A stretch of DNA of 64,000 nucleotides, from positions 11,369,832 to 11,433,831 of the forward strand of contig OZ316897.1 of the NCBI GenBank assembly GCA_973895155.1, read 5' to 3'. The notes beneath the pieces are model-generated. The model was given only the letters and a program-made list of their open reading frames with translations, was not told the DNA's origin and made no database searches. The position numbers were made by a program, and so were the translations under genes. This document shows positions 50,701-64,000 of this stretch, in pieces; positions within the stretch are counted from its first letter, which is position 1, and each line of letters opens with the position of its first letter. This stretch comes from Marsupella aquatica (Eukaryota; Plantae; Marchantiophyta).

Positions 50701-53700
50701 AAAAACTGATTGAACGTTACAACGACTCAGAAAATCAATACATGCTTACATATCGGAGGAACCCTTATCGAAAAGCATTATTACGTGTCAAATCTGTTTG
50801 AGGCCAATAGACTCTGGGATTCACAAGATTTATAAGTAAGCTCTCGTTGGAAGACAATTTTAAATACACTTGGTTCACGAGTTTGTACGTTGATTGAGTG
50901 TTACTTTGCTTGCAGGGTACTGAGTGTAACTGCTTCAAGGGTTGGGAGGGGGTAGACTGTCAATGGCCAACAAGGTGCAATGGCCGACCAATGGGATATC
51001 TTGAAAATGCGACCTTAGGCTGCTGTCCTTTTTCAAAATTGGATATGAATCAGCGTTGTTGCGGAACTGCTGCGGCAGTACTTGATATTGTTCGTCTCCA
51101 ACCAAGATTTAACCTCTGCCCTGCGTTTTCTCTTCTGTTCATCTACTGCGACTTCTTGATCCAACTTCTGAACCCCCTTGCTAATAATAAGTGTTTAGCA
51201 AGTTGATCGATTCTTCTTGGCCTTTCCATTGAGCAGAGTACGGGGCAGAGAATTATTATGCATGTAGTAAGGCCCTGGCAACAGAGCATTATGGGCCATA
51301 ACGCCTGGAAAAACGATTGCTTTAGCTCGAGCTTTGAGGGCCATTGTCAAAATAATCCCGAAGGGTATTAAGTAATAATAGCCAGACAACTTATTCCTTT
51401 CAAGAGCACGACCCGTTACTGTCCTTACGATCCCTTCTTAAGCAATCGATAACACGAGACTAGCTGCTCTGTCGAAACCTATCCTCTATATTTGATATTC
51501 AAGCTGTAGTGCTTGAATGTCAACTGTTGATTGCTGCTATGACATGTTTAAGATCATGACCTTCTTTGTGGCCTAGTGCAGAATGGTGCATGCTGTGATG
51601 GCACTCTGGACGCATGTGGCATGTGTAATGGGCCCCACAGGTGAGTTTCATTACATCTAATTGCTACCAAGGATTATCATTGCTTGCTCGAAATAACGAT
51701 AGGCGACATTCTTCCTGCATCTATAGCCAGGGGCCTTCCTGCATTTACAGCCGAGCCTAGCTAAAAAATCTGGTAAACTAGTAGAGAGGGCACTACTTCT
51801 TCGCCCACGAGGGTTTAGGGCAGCTTCTCGAAACCGATGGACTAAATGAGGTTGATAACTTCGCAGCAGGCATTGTTAGCCTTAAGGAAAGTTGTCGCTA
51901 GGTTGTAGAGAGCGTTGATGATGTGATTTTGGTATTCATCAAAGTTCTATGAGGAATCTACTTGATTTTACGTGTCAAATAATCTTGAAAGGTGTCAATA
52001 CTCTCGAAATCAGATCCATCGATTCCCAAAATCAGTGCTGTCCCACTCTCCGTGATGAAAAAGGCATCTGCTGTGCAAGCGGGGTGTTGGATGCATGCTA
52101 CATTTGTGATGGCGATGGCACAACCTGTGCATCGAATATCACCATCTCCACCATCCTTGATGACTCTGTGAAAGCTGCACAGAATTCCTCTGCGCACTGG
52201 AAAGCCTTCCTGATTCAACTCATGGCCAAGGTGCGAAAATCATTGCTTATATTTTCAACGTTTTCTACAGTCAGTGGAACTTTTTATATCCTAACATATT
52301 ATCCAAGTTCCGTCAAAGACGTGTCCTCAGTACCAAGCTTCAAGTGTTTCTTAAATGTAACGATGGACACATCTCCTGCTTTTATAGTTTATTGCGAAGC
52401 TGACACTTTGCAGTAACTGCAGATTGCTAATGAGTTGCAAGTATCGACAAATGCACTGCTTCTGACCGGAGTGCAAACAACAAACAGTGAAATAGGAAGT
52501 TGCAACGCTATCTCTGACATCACGGACGGTTGTCGGCACTCATTAATGACACAATTTCTGGGTGTTTTCAACTTCACTGTTCTGCCCATTCCATCGGTAA
52601 TTACAGCACATCACATGTTCATGCATAGAGAAATTCACTGACACTCCTCATTTCCATCTCAACGTTTACAACTTACCAGTTAGAATGCAATGACAGCGGG
52701 AGACTGGGTGGCGGTACATGGTGTGTTCACAATCCTTCACCAATCCGAAGTGGGTAGAGAGCTCGTACAGACGAATCTGACTCTCAGAGTTCTCGTGCCC
52801 AGAAGGACCTCACCAAAATGACCATTGAAGTGGCAGACATCAGCACACGACTGGCCCCTCCAGATGATCCAACCACAGAGGTTGGACCTTGCCTTCCTCA
52901 TTTCTCCATTTCACTAAAACATACACTGCGGAAAAGCAGCAATCTGAAGATTTGGAGGGAATTTTCATCTTAAAGTTCCCAGGGTCCCTAGGGACAGAGC
53001 GGACAAAGCAGCCGATGGGCAGTCAAAGAGAAAATAAATGGATAAAATGAATCTTTGCGTTCATAGGGAATCATTCCGCGATCGGATCAACAATGTACAA
53101 AAACGTCCTGAAGAAATAGGCAATAATCATCGAGCGGACGCAAGTCCAGGAGACTGTTTAGAAAAAGAAACCAGGATATCTGATCTCAATCAAGTGTCTG
53201 ATGAACTGACCTACTAATTACTGACCGGAGAGAAAAGAGTGGCTAATAACTATAGCCGTTTCAACTGATGTCGAAAAAGAGATACTCATTTTGCACTGCA
53301 TGGTCAAACAAATCAAGAGAATGAAGTCCCTCAGACAGAACAATCACCTCGGGTTTACGCACTCGTCAACTGAGTTCAAAAAAATGATCTCTGCCCGACT
53401 TATTAATCGACTGTCCATAGTGAAATATAGTACTCGACAACTAAAGCATGTGCAAAACATTTTACAGTTTATACCTGGCGTCAAAATGCAATCAGCGCCA
53501 CAGGCAGAAAGAGTTGGCGTTTGTGGAAACGGAATGTGTGAGCGTGGAGAAAGATGCAACCAATTTGGGGAAAGTCAAACTTCATCTGGTTCCTGTTGCT
53601 TCAAAGACTGCCCCTTTGTACCCAAAAGTTGTCCTGCCCCTGAGGAGGGACCAAGAGTAAACCAGGCCTGCTCCAACAATGGGCTATGCTTGGACACCAG

Positions 53701-55900
53701 GGGTCATTGTGATTGCTTTCAAGGTACAAATGAAAGGCCAAGATAAAACGGTGAGAAAAAACTGAGTCAAATATCCTCAAGTCCTCGATAATCGTCCAAT
53801 TTCCTGACGTCATAGAGGATGATATCGTAAATGTAGCATCCTTTTTAGCTTGGTTTGGGTTTTCTCTATTTGAGTCTACAACGCCTGTTCGCAGTTCAAA
53901 CTACCCACACACATTGTACAAGTTGAGTGAAGGTTCACTCTGCCATTGCAGGATATCGAGGAAAGTCTTGTCAGCATTGCCAGAACGGATGGACAGAAAT
54001 GAATGATGGGACTTGCATGAAGATTGTAAATCCTCTGAGAGTAGAGGCCAACGCCGTCAACTTTTCCAACATCAATATGACAATGCCCCCGGGGCCATGG
54101 AATGACAATATCACTTTGACGAAAGGAGCTGCGGCTGCAGGAATCTTGGGGACAGCAATTACTATCGCCACTTTAATTGGGATTTTCTGTTGCGTGAAAC
54201 ATTGTTGTTGCACTGAAAGAAAGAGCACTGTTCCTGCAACGAGTCCGGCTGCCACCTTACCACGTAAGTGTCTGTCCAACCATCTTTCTTGCCGAGCAAC
54301 TAAGCCATCTACCGGAACTCCGCAGTCAAACTCAAAATATACCTTTTAACAACTTTATCGAAATCCCATGTAAAACTTGTCTAAAACATGTGTAAAACTA
54401 TGTGAATAAATCAGCCGAGTGCTGCTGGTAGTAATGTCTACAGGTAATACTGAGACGGAGCAGCTGAACAAGCAAGCTCAACAAGAGGCACGTCGAAAGT
54501 CCCTTACTGCTGAGCGGAATGAAGCTGTTCAGGACAGAAGGAAATCCAGAATGTACGACGGCGGTGCTGACAGGAAGTCACTGTTGATGGAGCCTGTGGT
54601 ATTGAAGGAATCCACTTCATCAACGCTCACACCAGCACCAATACAAGCAGAGCCAGCAAACGTTATAACTAAGTTGCGGAAGTCTTTCCTAGGAGACAGT
54701 GCCATCGTCATCAACGGAAAACGAAAATCCTTGGCTGGAGACCAAGAGTATGCCAAGTTAGACCCTTCTCAATTGAAGGGGGTAGAAGATAGACGGTATC
54801 AAAATGTTCCCGTACCATCAGCAAGATATGAAGACCAGCGGTTTCAAAACATTCCACTTGCCCCACAGAGATATGAAGGACAGGAGTACCAAAATGCTCC
54901 CCAGCCAACAAGTCAGACTGCCCAGTCATACGTGCCTCGGTATGAAGGCCAGCAGTACCAAAATGCACCACCTATAAGCACGAACGCCCAACTATACTCG
55001 ACTCAATATGATGGACAGCGGTACCAGAACACTCCACACCCAAGCCAGAATGCTCCAACAAACCAAATTCGATATGAAGGACAACAGTACCAAAATGTTT
55101 CCCAGCCTAATCAGAGTGGTCAATTATCTCGATATGAGCAACAGCAATATGAGAATCCCATCCAACCAGGTCCGTATCCTCAGACTTATACACCACAGTA
55201 TGACGAAGGACAGCAGTACTCAAATGCTAATCCTCCAAGGTACCCAGCTCAGCAGTTCCCAAATGCTATGACTCCACAACAACGATATGAAAGACAGCAG
55301 CTATTTCAGAATGCTCAGCCTTACTCTCAAATGTTCCAAATTATTCCGATCCCAACGAATGAAGCGGATGGCGGTTCATCGTCTGGCCAATATAGCAATG
55401 CTCCTTCAACTACTACAAATTCCATCAGCAGCAGTTCACAACCACCTGATACCGATCCTTCCCCTGCAAGAAATTCAAATGTCACCAGCGGTGGTTCACA
55501 ACCACCACCTGCGAGTCCTTCTCAAGGAAATCCAAATTTTATGGGTGGTGGATCAAAACCACCTCCTGCAAATCCAAATTCCACGGGAGGTGGTCCAAAA
55601 CCACCTGCTGCAAATCCCTCACCAGCCGCAAATTCAATGGGTGGCCGTTCAACACCACCTGTTACAAGTATTCCTCCGAATTCCATGGGTGGTCGTTCAA
55701 CACCACCTGTAACATATACCCCTCCAAATTCCATGGGTGGTCGTTCGACACCACCTATGACAAATACCCCTCCAAATTCCATGGGCGGTCGTTCAACACC
55801 ACCTATAACAAGTACCCCTCCAGGTTTCATGGGTGTTACTTCATCACCTGCCATACGCCCTTCATCTTTGCTGACACCAAATGATGAATCCTTACTCTAG
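41794..55900 (+). CDS. Multi-exon type-I membrane S8 subtilase (proteinase K/aqualysin-like) with I9-like prodomain, PPC-like domain, three TSP1 repeats, EGF and Cys-rich repeats, TM helix and repetitive cytoplasmic tail
   Basis: Signal peptide at 41794; catalytic motifs VHVYVLDT|[12 protein letters not shown]|[17 protein letters not shown]|AG split by GT-AG introns. GPDVVF...FDT...CNDDFCG (PPC-like); [30 protein letters not shown] (TSP1); [19 protein letters not shown] (EGF); [20 protein letters not shown] (TM). Some internal exon borders not resolved. Confidence 0.85.
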
Positions 55901-57186
55901 TTGAATCTCCGAAGAGCACCTCTTCCAATCCCTATAATAAATGACCTCTAGAGACCAAGCAGCAAACGTAACCCATTTGTCAAGTGCACGTCAAAGCCCA
56001 TCACGAGCTGACCGACTGGGAAACGTGAATCAAGAGAGAATCGTAACTAAACTCCCTGGTCAAGTATTACTTGAGGTTATTCTGCGTATTTTCTAGGCTA
56101 AACTTCAAAGGCTAATGCCCACCATTTCAAAATCCAACACGGCTCGCGCAATTTCTTTATTCATGATCAGAACTGAATTGACGTGGTAAAGAAAAGGCCA
56201 TTTGGCGTCCATGAGAGAACGAAAAACACTTGTCAACATCCACCATATGTAGGTGTCCAGTTTTAGTCAAATGCAGATTAGATGTAAAACATTCCGAGTG
56301 CACGTGTGACTGGATGTTGTAGACACCACCCACGGATGTTTGTCCACTCTAAAGTCCATGACTGCTTTATATGCAAGATTAAATGTACAAATAATGACTC
56401 CTTTCCATCATTATAAATGAACAATCTGGCATGATTCTACGTCCTTTGCAGCTCACTGAACCATTCCTAACAACAAGGTATGTGACAGCACAGCAGGTAA
56501 GAAAAACTATCCACATGGGACAAAAAAAGCGAGGATCCTAAACATTCAGGGTTTTTCAAATGATAACTTATGAGGTCAATCAATGACAAACCCAGGACCT
56601 TTGGCTGGCTGTCAGCTTTCTAAATAAACTCGTCATAGGATCACCTTTCTCTCAGTTCTCCCTTCTTCTACTTCTTCAAAAGTAGTTGAACGCTTCGCAG
56701 CTCTATTCGAAGTTTGAAAAAAACTTCTGTCGATAATTCTGAAGAATAATTTTCCCAACTGCAATGTACTTTGTGCTCATTTCTGCAACAATCACTGACC
56801 ACTACGAAACATAAGCACCTGTGTTTCTAAAATCTCTCCAGCAATAAGAAACATACACAATGAAACGTTTGCCAAGGTAATCATAATACTATTTTGGAGA
56901 CTACTCACAGTCCGCAGGAACGGAATAATCACAAGGGGATCGAAACTCACAGAAAAAACAAAGCCTTCAATCGCGTGTCGCTTGGGATAGCATTGGCAGT
57001 ATAGTTCGCAAGTTGGTGACAAGAAATTGAGCTGCGTAACAAAAGTTAGCCGAAACAGCCCAGGGATTGACAACTGAGATGTCACCGACCAATTAGTCCT
57101 TTATGCCCATCTCACTTTGTACCGAGACACGTCGGCGGTATGAACTGCTCGGTGGGCACGCAACGCTCCCTGCTAATAGCGTAAGG

Positions 57187-59364
57187 CTAATCATCGTCGT
57201 CGTCAGAGCTCCCGTCTTCATCGCTGTACTCACTGCCATAGGGGTCCTCGAGCTCGGGATTGAGATCGAGGTTCACAAAAGGCACAAATATAGGACCACC
57301 TGGAGGTGCAAAGGGAATAGCTGGTCCAGGAGGAGGTGTAGCTTTAATCGGTCCAGCAACTCCTCCACCCTCCACTCCAGGGAATGGAGCAAAGGTCGGT
57401 GGCAATACAACAGCATCTCCGGGCTTCCATCCGGCAGGAGGCAGTGGAGGCATGTCACCGGGAAGTGGGACTGGATCCCCAGGTTTCCAGCCAGGCGGCA
57501 TCGGTGGCAACTCCACAGGCATACCGGGCTTCCATCCCGCAGGAGGGGGAGGTAAAAGAGCACCACCCTGATTCTGTTGAGCGGTTGCATCACCTTCCAA
57601 TTTTACCTCTACATTAGAATCCACGGCTATGAGAGGAGAAGCGGTCCGTGCAACAGGCTTGGGTAGCCCCAGATCTAGCTCATTGATCTGGTACAGCTTT
57701 GATGCCCGCATTTGTTCTTCTTGTGGTGCTGGAGGGAGAGCACCTCTAAGTGGAGCACCTTCAGCAAACTCTGGAGGTGCAAACGTGGTGTAACTGATGC
57801 GATGAGCATATGCTACCAGCTCTTGGATATTTATGGTCCCGAGACCTATCTCCAGCGAGCCGTTGAACTGATTCGGATCCCCCGCGAATTTGGGTCGCTT
57901 ATAATCCTCAAACTCCTCCACAGTGGACTCCAGCACTTGCTGCGCATCCCGCAGACGTTTGGCGAACTCACGCATGGCAGCGTCCTTGGCCGCAATGGCA
58001 TCTGCAATTCGTCGTTTCTCGCTCTCCATCTTTTCCAGCTGTTCAAGTTCTTCTACTGTTTCAAACAATAACGTCTGGTGCGTGTCTAGAATAGCCAGAA
58101 TGTCTTTCGTGGTTGCTGCTGCGGCTCCTTCGGGTGGCAGCACTGCGTCGGGTAGCAATTGGGGTATCATGCCAGTCCTGTTGCCTGTGACAACCCATCA
58201 CATCCGAAACGAATTAAGATGGAGCATGCCTCAGCAATGACACTCGACAGAAAATTGCTCACCGGGGAACTGGGAAGAAATTCAGTGGGAGGGCAAGAGG
58301 ACGAATGCCTGGAGGCATTCAAGATTGGCAAACACAGACTCAGAGAAACAGAAGGAGAGTGAATCTTCACCGTAAAACGAGAGCAACGAATATAATGCAC
58401 ATGATTGAGAAAGAATCCGCCTCAAGAAAAGCAAAACAAAAATAGTTCCAGGGCTTGCCAATGAAGAGTGGTATAACAAGAGTTTTCCCTACCATAAAAA
58501 CAGGGTAAGAAAATTCATGCACACGGTTGTGAAACGCCAAAAAACATTTACGTGACATACACCAAGAAGCCAAGCAATCTGATGCACATCATAGTGAAAT
58601 CTGAAATTGATTCAAATGATTTAACGGCATGAGTAATGACATTGGACAAGATGAGAATACTCCTAAAACAAAACAATAGGAGGGAAAGGATCTGATGCAG
58701 ATCGTCGTGGAATGCTAACAAAATTGGTCTCAGGGCTAGCATGGAAGAAGAAAATAAAACCGCCAACATTTCTTCATCTACGAAGAATTCGCGACGTGAA
58801 AAAACACAGGGAGGGAGAGGAATCTGAACACATGGTTCTCAAATGAAAATGAAAACCAACAGAATACCGTCAAAAAAGATGGCCTCAAAACCTATTCGTA
58901 GACAAACATCGTCAGGAGGATGACGTTGACTAGCTCAGGGAATGAATTAATTTTCATTGAAAAGTTCACTAATTGACCAAAAGAGGCAAATCACAAAGAG
59001 CACACACGCCAGGCGGCCATTATAAACGGGACCTTAAGATTTTAATATGCAAGGAAAGAGAACCAGGATAAATGAAACCCTACAAACTCCATGGTAACCA
59101 TCAAGAATCGCTAAAAGGATAAACTCCACCCAGAAAACACTGCAGCGAATCTCATGACCTTCGTTGACGGGAATTGACCTAGGGAACACGAAAACGGTGG
59201 ACAAAAGCGAACATACCTGCGAGCTGAATCAGGCGGGTGGTGAGCCCGGCCATGTTGAGCAGCAGCACTTGTGCACGGCGCTGCGGGGGAAGGCTCTGTA
59301 TGGCACTGCGTGTCTGCGCACTCCTTGACGCCAAATTCTGGACCCCGACCTCCGCCGTCGCCAT
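57187..59364 (-). CDS. MED4: Mediator of RNA polymerase II transcription subunit 4; exon 1 59364-59217, main exon from 58184 or 58177 to 57187
   Basis: LPPQRRAQVLLLNMA in exon 1; ELVAYAHRISYTTFAPP, LPPAPQEEQMRASKLY, PPGWKPG repeats, acidic tail. Confidence 0.93.
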
Positions 59365-60345
59365 TTCAAAGCCTTCCAAAACCTATCCTACCCAAAGAAA
59401 TGTCACAAAGGAGTGACGATCTCATGCACGGGAGCTCCCGTCCAGCACCAATCAAACACAAGGAGCTCTCGACTGGCCAACCCGAAACAGAAGCCCCAAA
59501 ACCATAAAACCCTAACCCTCAGAAGCTGAGACAGAAAGCAAAGCTCTATCGCAGCCCTTAGAAAACCTCTATTTCCCTACAACGACGACCACGAAGAAGA
59601 GGACAATATGGCAAACTCCAGCAACCCGTCTCATCATCATCCATCGAAACAATCCAGCTCGTGTTTCATCTCCCCTTCAATCCACACAAGCTAGAAGGGA
59701 CTAACATTAGAAAGAGCCGGTGTCAAATCCGCTCGCTCAGGAAACGAAAGGAACGATTCCGCTTATTCATTCATCAGCGCGATCGATCAATGGCCTTCCT
59801 GCGATATAGAACGTCACAATTAAAGATCGTCCGCGATAACAAACAATCCCGCTCATCATACGGCAGCTCCCGCATTGACCAAGGGTATGAGGTCGTCAGG
59901 CGAAACACCGAATTTCGGAGACGAGCCTGTTCGCTGAGAAACGAAAGGAGAGAACGATTCTGCTCACTAATCAAACCGATCGAATTGAATTTGCCTTCAT
60001 GCGTTGAAAACGCCACAAGGTTGAAGGTTGAAGGTTGAAGGTCCAGACCAAGGTCGATGATTCCATTCCAATTTGAAAATGTTCTCTGAATCATTAGGGC
60101 GTGTCCAAACAGTACCACCACATAAGGCCAAGACGATAAACCCCCAAGGACCTAATTCTTAGGGGCTACCTAATTAAAAGCCCTACAGTAATGGAGAGAT
60201 ACTTTAGGAGTACTTTAGAACACGTCGGGGGCACTTGAGAGTTCTTTTCACCAAATCAAACTAGAGTGCCATTGTACACACTAAATATAGTGTCCCTGGG
60301 CTAAAAGTAACCATTAAACAAAGATGTCTTCCCCGAACACAAAAC

Positions 60346-60521
60346 CATGGCCTTGTATTCAAATAGTGGGCTATGGGGTGCTCTATTTGAATAGTGTGCC
60401 CAGGGCGTTGTATTCAAGTTTTGACTATGTCACGCCATGGCCTCGTATTCAAATAGTGGGCCATGGGGCACTCTATTTGAATAGTGTGCCCAGGGCGTTG
60501 TATTCAAGTTTTGACTATGTC
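60346..60521. repeat. 90-bp tandem duplication, each unit containing a TATTCAAATAG...CTATTTGAATA hairpin
   Basis: Two near-identical units. Confidence 0.88.
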
Positions 60522-61511
60522 TTTTCATTTATTGTATTTTGCAGAGTGTTGTGTTCGAATATAAACATTGTGTTTGAATGTTGAGAAGTGGCATGTAATT
60601 TTTAGATCTTTTACTATTTGTGCTCAATATATAACAGTTTAGGATCAAATCTCGAACACAATGCCAATATTCAAACTTGACTCTTGGCTTGTGGCAAATG
60701 TCACAAAGAGGATACTCAGGATTGACCACTTTGGGGACTTTGTGTTCCTGATGGGTGAGAGGACAGATACTCCTTGATACTCCCCCCTCCATTTTCTCAG
60801 CTATCTCTTTTCCCCTTTTCCAGTTTTTTTTGTTTCCTCCTTACTTTGGTTTCTTCCAAAACACATTTGGCACTACAGATTTGTAAGACCACTGCAAAAA
60901 TAGGCTGGACCTTGTACTGTAGGTGTTAATATGATTGTTTGCATTATAGGTATTAATATGATTATTTTTACTCGTGTTGTCCACATTACTACGTCTGTCT
61001 CCTGTAAAGTCTTCCATTTCGTCAAAGACTTGTCACACCCTTCCTTACATTTCCTCAAAGACTTGTCACACGCTTTTGTCACACTTTCACCCTCAAACAA
61101 GTCTCGTTCTCTGCGGTGACAAACTGAGTCACGAGCTGCACGTCTGTCCTTTTAATCTTCGGTCTCACACTAAGAATAAAACATCATCCTGATTCATGGT
61201 GGTTGTTCGAGAACCGCGTAACGTCAATATATGTGGTGGCTGTTTGATGCACTAACAACATCCAGCTGGCACAGATTTCGGATCTTTGGTGTCCTCTGTT
61301 CATACCTCTGACGAATCTCAAATCAAACCATCGACAGGGAAAATGATGGTAACTCCGAGTTCTGTCCAGTTCCATCTGCTTTCTTGCAGTGATCTCCAAA
61401 TAGGTTCACCTGGAAGTTGTGAAAGAACGAAGTCGAAGCCATTACAAGTTTTCAAGTGGCCCGACTTAAATCTTCAACCCCCTTTGTTTTTCATTTATTG
61501 CCGGTCTCTTT

Positions 61512-61618
61512 TGGATGGTGTGTGTGTGTGTGTGTGTGTGTGTGTCTTGAGGAGGGGCTGCTGGATTGCAAGACGAAGTTTACTTCGTCAGGAAGGCTAT
61601 TCGATGACCGGATGGTGT

Positions 61619-61659
<41 letters not shown>

Positions 61660-61722
61660 TTGGGGAGGGGCTACTGGATTGCAAGACTAAGTTTACTTCG
61701 TCAGTAAGGCTATTCGATGACC
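61512..61722. repeat. Two (GT)n microsatellites inside a duplicated ~100-bp unit
   Basis: GGATGG(TG)n...CTGGATTGCAAGAC.AAGTTTACTTCGTCAG.AAGGCTATTCGATGACC x2. Confidence 0.9.
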
Positions 61723-62119
61723 TCAGAACTTGCAAACTGAAAAAATTTAGGAAGATTGAGTCACCCAGCTCAAAATTGAAAGATCAATGACTCTCGTTGA
61801 GTGTCTAGCAGTCCAATGACCTCAGAGCTAGCCAACTATAAAGTATAGAAAACTTGAGTCACACCAGATCATACGAAATTGAACTTTCAATGACTCTCGT
61901 TGAGTGTCTAGCAGTCCAATGACCTCAGAGCTAGCCAACTATAAAGTATAGAAAACTTGAGTCACACCAGATCATACGAAATTGAACTTTCAATGGCACT
62001 CGTTGAGTGTCTAGCAGTCCAATGACCTCAGAGCTAGCCAACTATAAAAGTATAGAAAGCTTGAGTCAAACCAGATCATACGAAATTGAACTTTCAATGG
62101 CACTCGTTGAGTGTCTAGC
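61717..62119. repeat. 103-bp tandem repeat: three near-identical copies plus one degenerate copy
   Basis: ATGACCTCAGAGCTAGCC at 61816, 61919, 62022; degenerate unit from ~61717. Confidence 0.92.
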
Positions 62120-62416
62120 TTCCATACACGGTGACGTCGAAGGCCCACCCCGCTTGGCTCTGTCAAAAGAAAAAATACTATACGAACTGTTTAGACTCGG
62201 TAACAGTAATCGTGGATACCTTTCTGATGCCTCCTGCCGTCTTGCAACGTGTGCAATATGACGCACTTAGCGTGGTCTTTAGGTTCCGTGTAACCAATTG
62301 AGCAAAAAGTCCAGAAAGCACCTCCAGTGTTGACATTTGGGGCTTGACCGTCATCGTCTCTCCATTAGTGAGAAGCACCCCATTCTTGATTCCGAAGGAA
62401 TTGGTCCATCCGTTCT

Positions 62417-62512
62417 CAGCAGTAAATTTGGTTTCGTGCTCAGCTCGTTGGTCTCCGTCGTGAGCAGTAAATTTGGTTTCGTGCTCTGCTCGTTGGTCTC
62501 CGTCGTGAGCAG
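62417..62512. repeat. 45-bp tandem duplication
   Basis: AGCAGTAAATTTGGTTTCGTGCTC.GCTCGTTGGTCTCCGTCGTG x2. Confidence 0.85.
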
Positions 62513-64000
62513 CTTCATTAGTCGCGGCACGAACGGATCATATATGTCGTCGTGGTCAGTGGTTTCTGTTTTGCGTTTAACCAACAGAGGCGATGAGTAT
62601 GTCCTTTGAAGGCGTTCGTCTTCAATTTTCCAAGCAACGAGGGGATCCAATTGCCGGCGGTCAATTGGATGTGAAAGGCTTTGAAGACCACTGTGTTATA
62701 CCATCAATGTTCTGAATTGCCAGGCCCGCGACAAGCAAGAAAACAATCTATCGTTGCGGTGGTACTCTTGGGAGAATAGCAAAAGTGGATATGGACCGAA
62801 ACCGTTGGATAGCATACGGAGAGAAATAAGCTTTGTGCCACTTTCATCACTCAGGCATCGTTTGAACAATTCCCTTGTCGGAGTATACAAGGTTGCACTC
62901 TTCGCCACCTGAGCTGTGTAACCTCGCTTGGAGCTTTTCTCAATTTGAATACTTGCACCGTTCGGCTTTTTTAGTAACTCGGGGCTCGAGAATTTGCATT
63001 GAGGTGGTGTCGGCGGTCATGAAATTGGGCAGCACGGATTTCAGGAGTGGCCGAGAAAGTTGTGGACGGTCAATGTTTCCAGAGAAAATCGTTTAAATCA
63101 TTTATTTTTCATTGTTTTTCGATCCGATTTCATCAGATTAGTCTGGACGTGCACCGTCGCAATACTTTTAGTCGAATTCAATAGAACTCCATCAAATAGT
63201 TTTGGTTGTGAGGTATATAAAGCTCGAAGGAACAACGCGTACTGGCAGACCATATTTCTTCTCCGAGCAAACTAATGAGACAAAGAGGATCCAAATTAAA
63301 CTGTGTGAGAGCTCAAACAAATGAAGAGGTGAAGAAACCCACATAGGATTGGGCAGGACGAGACGAAGAAACGATTAGGGAGAGGAGGTGCAAAAGAAGA
63401 GTGGAGGGAAGAGCAAGATCACAGGAGAAACGAGTTTGGAACCAAGTGATGGCGACTTAGAGGTGAAAGGATGACAGACACGCGCATAAATCGATGATCT
63501 TGGAAGGACCGGGTGAACAATTATATCAGAAGACTTGACTTCCTTAGTTGTTAGTGTCCACACGAAACTAACGCTTAAGCTTGCAACTGTCGGGGAAGGA
63601 AAGATGAGAGGTATCATGAGAAATTAAGGAGAAAGATTCCATTGCAGATTGGGACTTACAACGCCTTCTAGCATCACAATTTCTCGGAGGTATGGTAATT
63701 GTTTCTGCCCGTGGCAGCCAAACGGGAGGTCAAGGAACAGCTGCGAACTCTACTCGGATACGCTCTTTCGCACTCTCAGTATCATCAGCAGCAGCTGACT
63801 GACCGACCGATCGACTGAGTGCACGTCTGCACTACACCAATTTAGTTCCTCCTCTTGTTTCTGCTGTCTTCGTCTCTCCTCTTGAATTGCGGCGTGCCAC
63901 CTTGGAACGGAAAATTCTCTTGAAGCTGATTACACAGCAAACACTGCAAATTGGCTCCATTTCCTATCAGGAGATAGGCCATGGCACCATGACTGTTGGC

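Noticed and set aside
57103-58240. Plus-strand ORFs overlapping MED4
   Set aside because: Antisense shadows of the GC-rich, Pro-rich MED4 CDS.
62100-63300. Possible decayed minus-strand gene
   Set aside because: Fragmentary frames with no recognisable family.

Overview
Eukaryotic, intron-containing land-plant DNA; the gene content suggests a non-seed plant such as a bryophyte, which is inference. The first ~21 kb is a nest of decayed DNA transposons. Its centrepiece is a ~15.8-kb TIR element (~4493-20274) inserted into the ORF of an older element. It encodes a Sola1-like DDE transposase on the + strand. On the - strand it carries a long cargo gene (ParB/Srx-like domain, beta-class N4C/N6A DNA-methyltransferase-like domain, Ulp1 SUMO protease) followed by an FCP1-like HAD phosphatase. 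At least 15 copies of a 21-bp palindrome (TCTACACGA-N3-TCGYGTRGA) are dispersed through it, and both ends carry exactly 22-bp-phased TCCAAA arrays in the same orientation. This looks like a self-targeting chromatin/anti-silencing module, although this copy is pseudogenised. The rest of the window holds an LRR receptor-like protein, CDC123, an F-box remnant, MED4 and an unusual multi-exon membrane-anchored proteinase-K-type subtilase with PPC-like, thrombospondin-1 and EGF domains. MITEs, inverted duplications and tandem repeats fill the intergenic space. All family calls come from motif recognition by eye; no searches were run.
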